Under the pieces are notes generated by a model. It did not search any database and was not told the DNA's origin. It saw only the letters and a program-made list of their open reading frames with translations. This document shows positions 49,680 to 60,300 of a stretch of DNA of 64,000 nucleotides, one piece after another. Source of the DNA: Candidatus Latescibacterota bacterium (lineage in GTDB: Bacteria > Krumholzibacteriota > Krumholzibacteriia > WVZY01); the NCBI GenBank assembly GCA_963791045.1, contig CAWBQK010000004.1:32001-96000 (forward strand), written 5' to 3'. How positions within the stretch are numbered: position 1 is the first letter of the stretch; every line of letters begins with the position of its first letter. The translations under genes were made by a program, and so were the position numbers.

Positions 49680-51359
49680 TTATTCGGGAGTCAAATGATC
49701 CCCGTGTACAAGGTCGTCATAATACACGCCGCCGACTCTCATGTCATCCGGCAACTGATCTTCCTCGCCAATATCAAGACAGCGCAGAACGCCCGGCTCG
49801 ACCTCCTGGTACCGGAGTTTACTCTCCGGACAAGTGTATACGCCTTCTTTGTCCGGGTCCCTCAGCGGAAGCCCGTGCCGGCTCACCCAACCAGCCTGCT
49901 TCGCCGGTACGCCCATCATAAGCGCGTAATCCGGGACATCCTTCGCCACGACCGCGCCGGCACTGACAAACGCGTAACGGCCCACCGTTATGCCGCACAC
50001 CACCGTCGCGTTCGCGCCGATCGTACAGCCCCGCTTGAGGATCGTCGTTTCGTACAAGCCACGGCGAACCACCTGACTCCTTGGATTCGTCACGTTTGTC
50101 AGCACGCATGACGGGCCGAGGAATACGTCGTCCTCGATTATCGACCCGGTGTAGATCGATACGTTGTTCTGTACTTTGACGTTGTTTCCGATCACAACAC
50201 CGCGTTCAACGGTGCTGTTCTGACCGAAGATACAACCCCGGCCAATTTTTGCGTTTTTCATGATGTGGCAGAAATGCCAGATCTTTGTGCCGTCACCGAT
50301 CTCGCACGGCAAATCGACCACGGCGGTCGGATGCGCCGTATAGCCTTCGCCGGCTTTGCCGAGACTGCTTGCCCCATCCTGGTAGGCAAGCGGCTTTCCC
50401 CCGCCGTCGAGCGATACCTGGCACAGCGTGAGAATACGAAGAACACGCAAACCCTCTTCCCCATCGGTTATCGGCTGACGCCGCTTCTCAACGCATTCCA
50501 GAAAATGACGGCACTCATTCTTGAGCGGTTCCGCCGCGGGTAAATCAACGACCTCGAGATCGGCCTTGACGGCGGTGGGAACGCGGTTTTTCCATTCGAC
50601 TTTGTGCGGATATAAAACGAGTTTATCCTTGGCCGTGTCGTCGAATACGGCCATCTTTTCCGATCCGACAACAACGAGACGCTGCTCTTTGAACGGATGC
50701 AACCAGCTGACAAAGATATGACCGCGCACGCCGCTCGGAAAACGGAATTCGCTCAAGGTCACATCCACAACGCCCTTATTGAGATAATCTTCGCCGCGAC
50801 AGGACAACGACGTGGGCTCCTCGTTGAGAAGCGCCAGCATCACGGAGATGTCGTGCGGCGCAAAGCTCCACAGAATATTTTCTTCGGTTCTTATTTTTCC
50901 GATATTCAGACGATTGGAGTAGAAATACTGAACGCGACCGAGTTCGCCCGACGAAATCAGACGGGAGAGCGTTTCGACGGCGGGATGATACCGCAGAATA
51001 TGCCCCACCATGAGGATTCGCCCATGCTCGCTCGCAAGACGAACAAGCTCTTCACCATCGGGGAGGTTCGTCGCCAGTGGTTTCTCGACGTAGACATCCT
51101 TCCCCGCCTCAAGCGCCGATTTCGCAAGCATATGATGAGTTACCGCGGGAGCGCCGATGGCCACCGCTTGAATCGAGTCATCGCCCAGAACATCATCGAA
51201 ATTCGTCGTAAATCCGACATCCGGGTATGATTCTTCAATGGTCGATCGCGGGGTCTCGTCAGAGTCGCACACTACCTTTAGCGCCCCGAGCTCGTGAAAA
51301 TTCCGAACCAGGTTCCGCCCCCAATATCCCATACCGACTACGGCGACTTTGACGCTCAT
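49680..51359 (-). CDS. Gfo/Idh/MocA oxidoreductase fused to hexapeptide N-acetyltransferase (WbpB-WbpD-like fusion)
   Basis: VGMGYWG, VEKP, PHD; then IWHFCH, KVQNNVSIY, VFLGPSCVLTN, IGANATVVCG. Confidence 0.9.
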   Translation of the reverse strand: MSVKVAVVGMGYWGRNLVRNFHELGALKVVCDSDETPRSTIEESYPDVGFTTNFDDVLGDDSIQAVAIGAPAVTHHMLAKSALEAGKDVYVEKPLATNLPDGEELVRLASEHGRILMVGHILRYHPAVETLSRLISSGELGRVQYFYSNRLNIGKIRTEENILWSFAPHDISVMLALLNEEPTSLSCRGEDYLNKGVVDVTLSEFRFPSGVRGHIFVSWLHPFKEQRLVVVGSEKMAVFDDTAKDKLVLYPHKVEWKNRVPTAVKADLEVVDLPAAEPLKNECRHFLECVEKRRQPITDGEEGLRVLRILTLCQVSLDGGGKPLAYQDGASSLGKAGEGYTAHPTAVVDLPCEIGDGTKIWHFCHIMKNAKIGRGCIFGQNSTVERGVVIGNNVKVQNNVSIYTGSIIEDDVFLGPSCVLTNVTNPRSQVVRRGLYETTILKRGCTIGANATVVCGITVGRYAFVSAGAVVAKDVPDYALMMGVPAKQAGWVSRHGLPLRDPDKEGVYTCPESKLRYQEVEPGVLRCLDIGEEDQLPDDMRVGGVYYDDLVHGDHLTPE

Positions 51360-51693
51360 TTCATTCCCTTCGCTATGGCGACATCCTGGCAACGATGTCT
51401 CTCCAAGTTGCACTCCCAACCACCCGGCACGACGCGGAAATTGCACGTGGAAATGCGGTTTTTCAGCGGCGGCACCAATAAAGTAATCTATTCTAACACA
51501 TGAGGATATGCATGTCGACACGGTTGTCGACCGGCCCGATTCGCCCCACATCCACGAGGCGCTCGCACAAGACCTTGCAACCACCGGGCCAGCAAACAGA
51601 GCCGGTGCCTTCCGAACATGCTTTTTTTATGGAATTTACGACGGTATCCCTCTCACCGTTCCCCCAACCCACAGTTGTCGTCAAGAAATCATA

Positions 51694-52902
51694 TCACGGC
51701 CACAAGCCAATACGTATCCCAATCACATACAATAACTTACGAATCTGCCGCCGTCTGCGTGCGAACCCTGAACCCTGATATTCCCTGAGAAAGTCTACCA
51801 GGTAGGCACCGCCTGAATATCCGCCCCGATCTCCGCTCTGGATGAACTGGGTCCCCAGTCGGCTCAACTTGCCTGGATCGCCGCCGGGTTGGTTGCGGAT
51901 TGTATCGCTCTCGGGCGCCCGCACGGCGACCCCCGCGAAGATCGAGCGCGCCACGTCGAATGACTCTTCGTTGTAACCACCGCCGGGAAATATAAAATAT
52001 TTCGGCTCAGAGCCAAGCCTGTCCTTGATGATACGCCGAGATTCGACAAGCTCCAACTCATAACGCTGACGCCTGCCATCAGGCGATTCGTACGCCCCCG
52101 CCGCCGGGGTTTGTTTCCGCATCCGTTCGACCTCTTTGAAGAGGATCTCACGCCAGTCGGACTGCGCGAAAAAAGCGTCGCCATGCCGATGGTTTACAAA
52201 GGCACAAAGACGGGAAGCTTCATTGGCGTCGGGGAAATAACGAGTCGACTCGAGCGACTTTCCGTGCTCATACACCGGTGTGCCCCACGGGACCCGCGAC
52301 CACGCGGGCCCTTCATCGCGAATACGATCGAGATAAAGCGGTTTGTCCTCCGGGTGCGCGTTCCAGTCGAGCCAGTGATAACCGTCACCCGGGTGATGAA
52401 AATCGACTATTTTCGGACCGGTCGGGTACCAGGTGTGTGTTAACGCGTGGCATTGAACCGAAAGAACGCCGGTTTCCATTACTTTCCTAAGTTCGCTCCA
52501 CGACATAAAACCGCGCGCATCGGCGAGTGGCCGGTTGAGCGCATCGGGGCCCAGATCTCCGAGCGCCGGTCGAACACCGTCCCGCGGATCGACAAACTCC
52601 GGAGACACGAATACCGTCCCCGTAAATCCATGCCGCTCGAGGAGCGGAGCAACATAAATCCAGTTGTCCAGATACCCGTCGTCAAACGTGAGAGAAACAC
52701 TATTGGCCGGGAGAGCCGTGTCACCGGCAATATGGGCTCGAATGTCGTCGAGCGTCGCCGACCGGTACCCCGCCCTTCGCAGGTGCCGCAATTGATCGTC
52801 GAATACGCGAGCGGGCAGCGTAAACGACGGCGACTTCCACCCATCGATCGCGTGGCCGACACTGTGATACATAAGAACCGGGATTGCCGTGCCCTGTACC
52901 AT
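51694..52902 (-). CDS. Polysaccharide deacetylase (CE4-like)
   Basis: PVLMYH, LTFDDGY, FMSWSEL, HALTH, FPGG; GAGGAG RBS before MVQG. Confidence 0.85.
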   Translation of the reverse strand: MVQGTAIPVLMYHSVGHAIDGWKSPSFTLPARVFDDQLRHLRRAGYRSATLDDIRAHIAGDTALPANSVSLTFDDGYLDNWIYVAPLLERHGFTGTVFVSPEFVDPRDGVRPALGDLGPDALNRPLADARGFMSWSELRKVMETGVLSVQCHALTHTWYPTGPKIVDFHHPGDGYHWLDWNAHPEDKPLYLDRIRDEGPAWSRVPWGTPVYEHGKSLESTRYFPDANEASRLCAFVNHRHGDAFFAQSDWREILFKEVERMRKQTPAAGAYESPDGRRQRYELELVESRRIIKDRLGSEPKYFIFPGGGYNEESFDVARSIFAGVAVRAPESDTIRNQPGGDPGKLSRLGTQFIQSGDRGGYSGGAYLVDFLREYQGSGFARRRRQIRKLLYVIGIRIGLWP

Positions 52903-53020
52903 TCTCTCCTCAATTCGATCTATACGACCCGAATTTGTCGCCCGCCATGGCTCTCCGGCGGGATGTATTGTACCAGACCTGTGGATTTCATGACAGAAGT
53001 CATGATACAATCCCGGCTCG

Positions 53021-53578
53021 ATGACAGTAAACGACAACAATCATAACGAACCAACCCTGTTCGTCGATCTGGATGGAACTCTTATTTCCGGGGATACGCT
53101 TGTGATTTCGCTCCGCGAACTCGCGCGCCACCGGCCCTGGTCGATCCTGCTGCTTCCCTTTTTTGTACTTCGAGGCCGCGCGGCATTCAAAGCCCACGTG
53201 GCCGATCGCGTCACGCTCGATCCCGCCAAACTTCCCTACCGTCACGATGTCCTGGAATTTTTGAAGGAGGAGAAAACAAGAGGCCGTACTCTGATTCTCG
53301 CCACGGCCGCTCACAGATCGATCGGAGAACCGGTCGCGGCTTACCTCGGCATATTTGACGATGTCATGACGAGCGATCGCGTTCAAAATCTCAAAGGACG
53401 GGGCAAGCTCGATGCAATACTCGAGAGAGTGGACAACGGATCCTTCGACTACATGGGCGACAGCACGGCCGATATCCCGCTGTTCGAAAAAGCGCGCGAG
53501 TCATTGCTGGTAAATCCCACCCCGGCGCTTCTGGCACGCGTCAAGCAAACGTGCCGAGTCGGACGCGTATTCGACTAA
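53021..53578 (+). CDS. HAD-family hydrolase
   Basis: VDLDGTL, LATA, NLKG..K, YMGDSTAD. Confidence 0.85.
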   Translation: MTVNDNNHNEPTLFVDLDGTLISGDTLVISLRELARHRPWSILLLPFFVLRGRAAFKAHVADRVTLDPAKLPYRHDVLEFLKEEKTRGRTLILATAAHRSIGEPVAAYLGIFDDVMTSDRVQNLKGRGKLDAILERVDNGSFDYMGDSTADIPLFEKARESLLVNPTPALLARVKQTCRVGRVFD

Positions 53579-53626
53579 ACCGACCGCACGCCCGACACTT
53601 TCAACCCGACAAACATAACGCCGGCG

Positions 53627-54640
53627 TTACCACGGAATTGACATCAAATCGGAGAATGACTGAATTGACGGCGGAAACGCGCGATACAAAACGGGCACAT
53701 CTACGAACAACAGGGCGCCAATGACGATAGTACAAGCGACGATCGACACCATCAGATAGGGTTCGCGATACAGTTTTTCGGGAGCTTGCGCGGCGCTGTG
53801 TTCTTTGAAGGAAATGGACAGGTATGTCGCCATCACCCAGGCGACCATCGGGAACGCCAACACCAGCTCGAGCCGGTAGCGGACTATAAAGGCGCCGAAG
53901 AAGAGCATCGCGACCGAGGCATAAAACATGATCGCGACTATCAGCCGCTGCTCGTTGTATACGCCGAATGATTTCCTGTAACTTTCGGCCACTCCGGAAT
54001 CGTTGATTTCCCTGTATTCAGCGTACCGTTTTATACCCATGAAGTAACTCCCCACCATCCAGTAGCTAAGCAGAAGAGACAAGGGCGGAACGGTCGTCGG
54101 ACCGACGATAAACCAACCGAGAAGAAAACGAATCGGATTGTTCACTGCCTCGGAAAGAACATCGATGTAAGGCTTGTCTTTGGATCTAATGGGAGGGACA
54201 TTGTAGACAATTCCCATCACCCACAACGCCAAAACGGCGACAACAAACGACGTCGATATCATCGAGCCCACCGCGGCGCCCAGGCCCATCAGGACCAGCC
54301 ACTGCACATATCCGAGCGGAATGTTCACCTGCCCCGCCGGGACGGGCCGGTTTTTCTTTATGGGATGCTGACGATCGAAAGGCGCGTCGAGAATCTCGTT
54401 GAGAACATAATTGCTCGAAGCAATCAACCCCGTCGACAGCAATCCAAGAATCGCCCGAATGACGAGCGACGCCGCATCGAGGTTCTCGGGCTGCATACTG
54501 ACGGCGACGATGATACCCGGCAACACAAACACGTTTTTGATCCAGTGATCGAAACGGGCAATCCGAAGATGCCCCGCCAACGAGGGCCGCGCCGTTTTTG
54601 GTTCAACTTTTTTTGGTAGCGTTCGTCCGCGTCCGTTCAT
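53627..54640 (-). CDS. UbiA-family prenyltransferase (polyprenyl-phosphate phosphoribosyltransferase-like)
   Basis: HWIKNVFV, YVLNEILD..D..HP.K..RP, KRYAE; multi-TM. Confidence 0.88.
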   Translation of the reverse strand: MNGRGRTLPKKVEPKTARPSLAGHLRIARFDHWIKNVFVLPGIIVAVSMQPENLDAASLVIRAILGLLSTGLIASSNYVLNEILDAPFDRQHPIKKNRPVPAGQVNIPLGYVQWLVLMGLGAAVGSMISTSFVVAVLALWVMGIVYNVPPIRSKDKPYIDVLSEAVNNPIRFLLGWFIVGPTTVPPLSLLLSYWMVGSYFMGIKRYAEYREINDSGVAESYRKSFGVYNEQRLIVAIMFYASVAMLFFGAFIVRYRLELVLAFPMVAWVMATYLSISFKEHSAAQAPEKLYREPYLMVSIVACTIVIGALLFVDVPVLYRAFPPSIQSFSDLMSIPW

Positions 54641-55085
54641 TCGCCCCGTCCGTTTCTTTTCTTTTCTATGTTTTATGAATCAAAGAGAAAATCGATTCCG
54701 CACACCGGAACAAGATCGGTCAATTCGCCAACCCGCGCAATCACGAAATCACCTTCATCACGATTTAAGCAGAAATGGCACAGATTGTGTACATACACTA
54801 AGTTACGTGGTTGTTCGTTACAGTGTACAATTTACATCATGCCACAAAACCAGAGAGGATGAGCATTGTATTCATTTGTTATCATTATCGTTAGCTCGCA
54901 TGATTCGCCGACGGGCACGGCTCATCCCGCCGGTATAAGTTCACCGGGTACCGCGAAAATACGCGGTGTTAGACCCAGAAGGTTCGGAAGATGACCCAGT
55001 TATCCACATCGCGGACCCCGAACCCGATGGAGCCCAAATTATATGAAATCTCCCGTTTTGGAAAGCGGGACGGAGGCAAACACTA

Positions 55086-55310
55086 ATGGACAATATAGTA
55101 GAAACGGTCGTGTGGGTCGCGTTGGTGGCAGGGACCGCCGCCGTTTTGCTCATTGAGCTTCCGCGCATCTGTATATGGTGTCTTGAAATCGTCGAACGGA
55201 CTCAAAACGTCCGGATTCACAAAAGGCTCCTGCATCGCAAACCAACTAAGGATGAACCTCAGAGCACACCAGATAAAGTTGAAATCATGTACCGGAGCCC
55301 CCCGCAATAA
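55086..55310 (+). CDS. Small hypothetical membrane protein
   Basis: GGAGG RBS, N-terminal TM segment. Confidence 0.45.
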   Translation: MDNIVETVVWVALVAGTAAVLLIELPRICIWCLEIVERTQNVRIHKRLLHRKPTKDEPQSTPDKVEIMYRSPPQ

Positions 55311-55367
55311 ATTGTATCTTTGTATGTCGAGCGCTCACCGGTTCGCGCTCATTCGAGCAGGTCTATT

Positions 55368-55574
55368 ATGCGTTACCTCGTATTTCTTGTCGGATTAGGA
55401 TGCGCCATCATAGGTATTTCCAGCCGATTCGAGGGAATCCTGTTTTCCTTCAATTTTGGCGCCGAACTCATGTCGATTGGCAGCGCCTACTTCAGGAACG
55501 ACACGCTGCTTATGCTTTGTGGCGCCGTGCTGATGCTCCTGTCGATTGCGGCGACACGCCCAAACAGGGTGTAA
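55368..55574 (+). CDS. Small two-TM hypothetical protein
   Basis: MRYLVFLVGLGCAIIG..LLMLCGAVLMLLSIA. Confidence 0.5.
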   Translation: MRYLVFLVGLGCAIIGISSRFEGILFSFNFGAELMSIGSAYFRNDTLLMLCGAVLMLLSIAATRPNRV

Positions 55575-55756
55575 AGCGTTTCGACCGTGGCGCACACATA
55601 TTTGCCTTGCTGAATCCTCTTCTTGTGCCGTGAAGGCCAAACCGCTATCCTCTTGTCCATTCTCATTGCGTACGAAATTTTCTCACAGCCATCCTGGAGT
55701 CATCGCGTATAACGCAGCCAGCGCGGCGGCGCCAGACCGCCGACAAACCGGGAGGA

Positions 55757-57211
55757 ATGATGTCCGACTCGACGACACCCGAAAACCCAGCGGAAGAAAC
55801 CACCGAACCCAGGGGCATCCCCAACCCCTTTACAGAACTCATCAATTCTTTCAAAGAGTTAAGAGACGCCCCTCCGGCATTCTGGCACACCAACATGGCG
55901 TACTGGCTCGACGGCGTGTCCTATTTCGGGATGATCACCCTTCTCACGATGTTCTTTCATGATGTGGCGGGTTTGTCCGACGGCACCGGGCACAAGCTGG
56001 TATCGATCTACACGGGGCTCATCACCGGCTCGATGCTTTTATTTGGGCCGATATCCGACAAACTTGGCGTCCGTAAATCCCTCATCGTCTCCGTCGTTTT
56101 GTACATCATCGGCCGTGCGGCGCTTCCGCTCGCGCCGGAGTTCCTCACACCGGGTTCGATCTCGATCATTGTCGTCTCCGCCATCGCCCTCATCATTGCG
56201 GCCGCCGGCAACGGCTTTATGCAGCCGTCGTGTTATGCCGGTGTGAGAAAATTTACCGACGAGAAAACGGCGGCGATGGGTTACGGACTTCTCTATGCGG
56301 GGATGAATCTCGGCATAGTGGTCATCGGTTTGATCTCGCCGCGGATTCGCACTGGAATCCACATCAAGGGCCTTGTTGATTTTGACGGGTTTGGCATTAC
56401 CGGCGTGTTCTGGTTTTGTGTGCTGGTAAACCTTTTGATGCTTCTCTTATTGATCTTTTTCTTTACGCCCAAAGTTGAACGGGAAGGTGAAAAGATCGGT
56501 GCGGCACCCGCTGATGACGCGAAGACGGAGGGCGGCAGCGAAGGCAGGAGCTTTGTCCGGGATCCCATCGGCGCCACCGTCGCGTGGTTCAAGGGCAATC
56601 CCCTCTCCAACTCGCGCTTTGCCTTTTTTATTTTTATTTTGTTTCCGGTCCAGTCCTTGTTCGCATACCAATGGCTCGTGATGCCCCAGTACGTGACGCG
56701 GGCGTTCTCAGAGATTGTGGCGAACAACATGGAAAGCATCATCAACGTCGCGAATCCACTTATTGTTGTTCTCGGCGTTCCAATAATCACTGCGATGACA
56801 CGCAAAGTCTCCGTTTATAAAATGATGGTTATCGGCGCACTGGTTTCCGCCGCTCCGTCGCTGCTCTTCATTCTCGGCCCCCACTTTCCCCTGCTAATGA
56901 CCTACATTATTCTGTTCTCCATCGGAGAAGCGATGTGGCAACCACGGTTTCTTCAGTTTGCCGCTGAGCTCGCTCCGAAGGGAAAAACCGGGGCCTACAT
57001 AGCATACGCGAACATCCCGTGGTTTCTCGTCAAATCCCTCGCCGGTCTTTATACGGGGAGAATGATGGAGAGATACTGTCCAGACGGTGGCCCGTTCAAC
57101 ACTGAAATGATGTGGCTCATTTATGGGGCTGCCGCGCTAATCAGTCCGATTGGACTCATTGTCGCGCGAAAATGGGTTGAGAAGGGACTCCCGAAGACAC
57201 AGCCCAATTAG
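55757..57211 (+). CDS. MFS transporter (POT-like)
   Basis: GPISDKLGVRK motif A, GNGFMQP, IGEAMWQP, ~12 TM segments; GGAGG RBS. Confidence 0.9.
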   Translation: MMSDSTTPENPAEETTEPRGIPNPFTELINSFKELRDAPPAFWHTNMAYWLDGVSYFGMITLLTMFFHDVAGLSDGTGHKLVSIYTGLITGSMLLFGPISDKLGVRKSLIVSVVLYIIGRAALPLAPEFLTPGSISIIVVSAIALIIAAAGNGFMQPSCYAGVRKFTDEKTAAMGYGLLYAGMNLGIVVIGLISPRIRTGIHIKGLVDFDGFGITGVFWFCVLVNLLMLLLLIFFFTPKVEREGEKIGAAPADDAKTEGGSEGRSFVRDPIGATVAWFKGNPLSNSRFAFFIFILFPVQSLFAYQWLVMPQYVTRAFSEIVANNMESIINVANPLIVVLGVPIITAMTRKVSVYKMMVIGALVSAAPSLLFILGPHFPLLMTYIILFSIGEAMWQPRFLQFAAELAPKGKTGAYIAYANIPWFLVKSLAGLYTGRMMERYCPDGGPFNTEMMWLIYGAAALISPIGLIVARKWVEKGLPKTQPN

Positions 57212-57224
57212 CACCCGCCCCAAT

Positions 57225-57274
57225 AAAAACAAAAGCCCGGCGTCTGAGTCTCCGATGACCCAAACGACGGGCTT
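57225..57274 (-). terminator. Intrinsic terminator
   Basis: Minus strand AAGCCCGTCGTTTGGGTC-loop-GACTCAGACGCCGGGCTT-TTGTTTT. Confidence 0.65.
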
Positions 57275-57305
57275 ATCATTAACGCGTGACTTCAGAACGG
57301 CCGTA

Positions 57306-60300
57306 TCACTTCAGGAACACCATCTTTTTGGTCAACGTCTCGCTCCCCGCGTGGAGCCTGTAGAAATATACACCGCTTGCCACGGCATCTCCGTGTGTAT
57401 CGCGCCCATTCCAACTTTCCGAATACATACCAGGCGCCATTATCCGGTCGACGAGTGTGCGGACTTTACGACCCGACACGTCATATACGATGAGGGTGAC
57501 GATATCAGGCTGACCGACAGTGAACCCGATAGTCGTAACGGGATTGAATGGATTTGGAACGTTCTGTCCAAGCGTAAGAGCAAGGGCCGGTGTACCGTCA
57601 CCAATTCCGGTGAGGTCACCGACAACATGGACCGTCTTGTTAGCCGCGTCCGTCTCCACGATCCCGGAAGCGGACGCCGTGACAATCGCCACACCATTCG
57701 CGATAGGATCGAACGCCACTCCCCCACTCGTTACGGTGCCCGCGGACTGGTACGTGCCGACAGGTATCGTTACACTTACTGTGTCATCGGTTTCGAGTGT
57801 CGTGACAAAACCGGCGATCGCATCGTCCGAACTCGCGATCTGTGCCACCTTCGCGACCCCACCCGCGCGAACGGATTGGAGCTGGGCGAGGCCCGACAAG
57901 TCGTTCTCGGGAATACCCACCTGAACAATAAACTCGACGTCTCCTTCCACAATATCGACTGAATCCGGCAGCGATGTGATCTGTATAGCCGGCGCAACTA
58001 TGTCCATCGCCATCACGCCATCGTTGAACGTCGGCACACTTGCCGTCAGAGTTACCGTACCCGTGGTGTCGTCGATTCCATGGATGTAGAAAGTTGCATC
58101 GGTTTGGCCCGCGGTCACCGGCACATCGATGACGGCAGTACCGGGCGTTGCGGCGCCCGACGCGACAAGCAAGATCCCTGCGTCGCTGCTTTCGATATGA
58201 ATCGTCACTCCACCGTGATCGGATACTCCGAGCCGAGCCGTGACCACCCCGCTCTGGAGACCCGCGCCGACCGCAGACGGCGCACCGAGGTACGTGATGC
58301 TCTGATTCGTCACATCGACAACCCGGGTTCCGTCACCGGTCAGTACAAAACCGGGGATCGTCGCCGACACAATCGTTTGACCAACAGCCAGGCCCCGGAT
58401 CGCAACGCCTCCCTCGGCAACCGTGGCGGGCGAACCTGAATTTCCACCGTATATATCAACGGCGACCGTACCACTCGTGTCGGAAAGCGTCACGACCTCG
58501 GCAGTCCCGGAGACCGAACTCACCACGGTCGCAACCAGCGGCGGCGCTCCGACTCGCCGTTTCTGAAGCGTGTTCACGCGTGTAAATGCCGCGTCGCCAA
58601 GCCCGACGTTTATCGTAATAGCATCGGGTGGATCGGATACATCAACCGACGCCCCAATGTCTCGTATGTCCAGCGCCGGCTGAACCACATCAATAATTTC
58701 ACTACTTGATTCGAAACCTGGAACCGTCGCCATGATTGTGACCGAGCCGGTCGTGTCGTCAATGCCGTGCGCGTAAAAGTTGACCAGGGTCGACCCATCG
58801 AGGACCTCGACATCGACATAGACCTCACCCGTATCTTCTTCCGCCGCTGAGACGAGTACAATGTCCGGATCGGTGGATTCGATACGAACCGTCACACCGC
58901 CATGATTGGAAACGCTTAACACCGCCCGCAAACTCGCCGTCTGCAAACCCGACCCCACATCGCCGGGGAGTCCAATCCAGCTGATCGTCGGTGCGGTCAC
59001 GGTCACGTTTTGTGCTGCCGAAGTCATCGGGAGGAACCCGGCGGCTGACACGGACACCGTTGTCACGCCCGGCGAAAGCCCGTTGAATTCGACGCCGCCA
59101 TTGGCCACGGTGGTCGGCGACCTGGACTCACCGGCGGCCACGCTCGTCGTTACCGTTCCACTCGAGTCGGTGAGTGTTTGCAGAATTCCGATCGCCGCAT
59201 TGGAATTCGTCGCCGTCACCGTCACACCCGGCGACCCGGGACGCACTTCCATCGCGGAAACCGTCGCGTTTCCGCCGGCAGGCACGCCAACGCTCACCTG
59301 AAAAGGATCGGGCGGATCAAGTGTATCGATTGTCGTTCTAAGCGAAGAGCTGTACAAACAAATCCCCGGAGTAACAATATCGACGGTGGTCGTTTCCGGC
59401 GTAAAACCGGGCGCTGTTGTCGTCAGCATTACCGTCCCAGTGGTGTCTTCGATTCCATGAATATAGAAGTAAGCAAGGTACTGTCCGTTGGCCATCGGGA
59501 TATCGACTGACGCTTCCCCGACACTGTCACCGTGAACCGAAACCAGCCCGATATCCGTATCGTCGACTTCGACATGAACCGTGACGCCCCCATGCTGCGA
59601 CGCGCCAAGTTGTACACGCGAAGACCCCGATCGAAGTCCAGCCCCCACTTCCGCCGGCACTTGATAAATGAGTTCCGGCTGCGTCACCTCAACGTCCACA
59701 TACGCCGCCGTCGTCGGAAGGAAATTCGGAATTGATGCCGAAACCGTCGTGGTGCCCAACCCGATACCATCGAAGGCAATGCCGCCCGTCGACACGGTCC
59801 CCGCAGTCTGGTATTCGACCGGTGAGATCGTCACCGTCACGGTGTGACTTGTATCGGTCAAAGTCACCAATTGGCCCACCGTCGACTCCGAACTCACTAC
59901 CGTCGCCGTAATACCCGGTCCGCCCGCGCGGGCCCGTTGTGTTTGATAAACCAAAGACAGGTCCGTCGCAGGAATTCCGACACGGACAACAAAAACATCT
60001 TCCGCGTCAAATACATCAATCGATGTGGGAAGTCCATGAATCTGGTACGCCGGGGTCACGATCTCAGCCGCTTCGGCGTCAGGGGCAAATCCCGGAGCGC
60101 TGACAGATATCACAACAATCCCTGTTGTATCCTCGAGCCCCTGGACGTAAAAAGGCACACCAATTTGTCCATCAGCGGCGAAGATATCGAGCGAACCGTG
60201 TCCGCCGTTGGTGTACGCGTCCGCCACCAGGGCCAACGATGAATCGCCGGATTCTATATGTACCATGACACCGCCGTGCGCCCCTCCGCTCAGCGTCGCG

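Noticed and set aside
51360-51693. N-terminal extension of the oxidoreductase (track start 51584) or a separate 63-aa ORF
   Set aside because: The Rossmann motif begins right after ATG 51359 with a purine-rich RBS; upstream translations are not protein-like
54871-54889. Fur box
   Set aside because: Only 12/19 match to GATAATGATAATCATTATC (one half-site) and no iron-related genes adjacent
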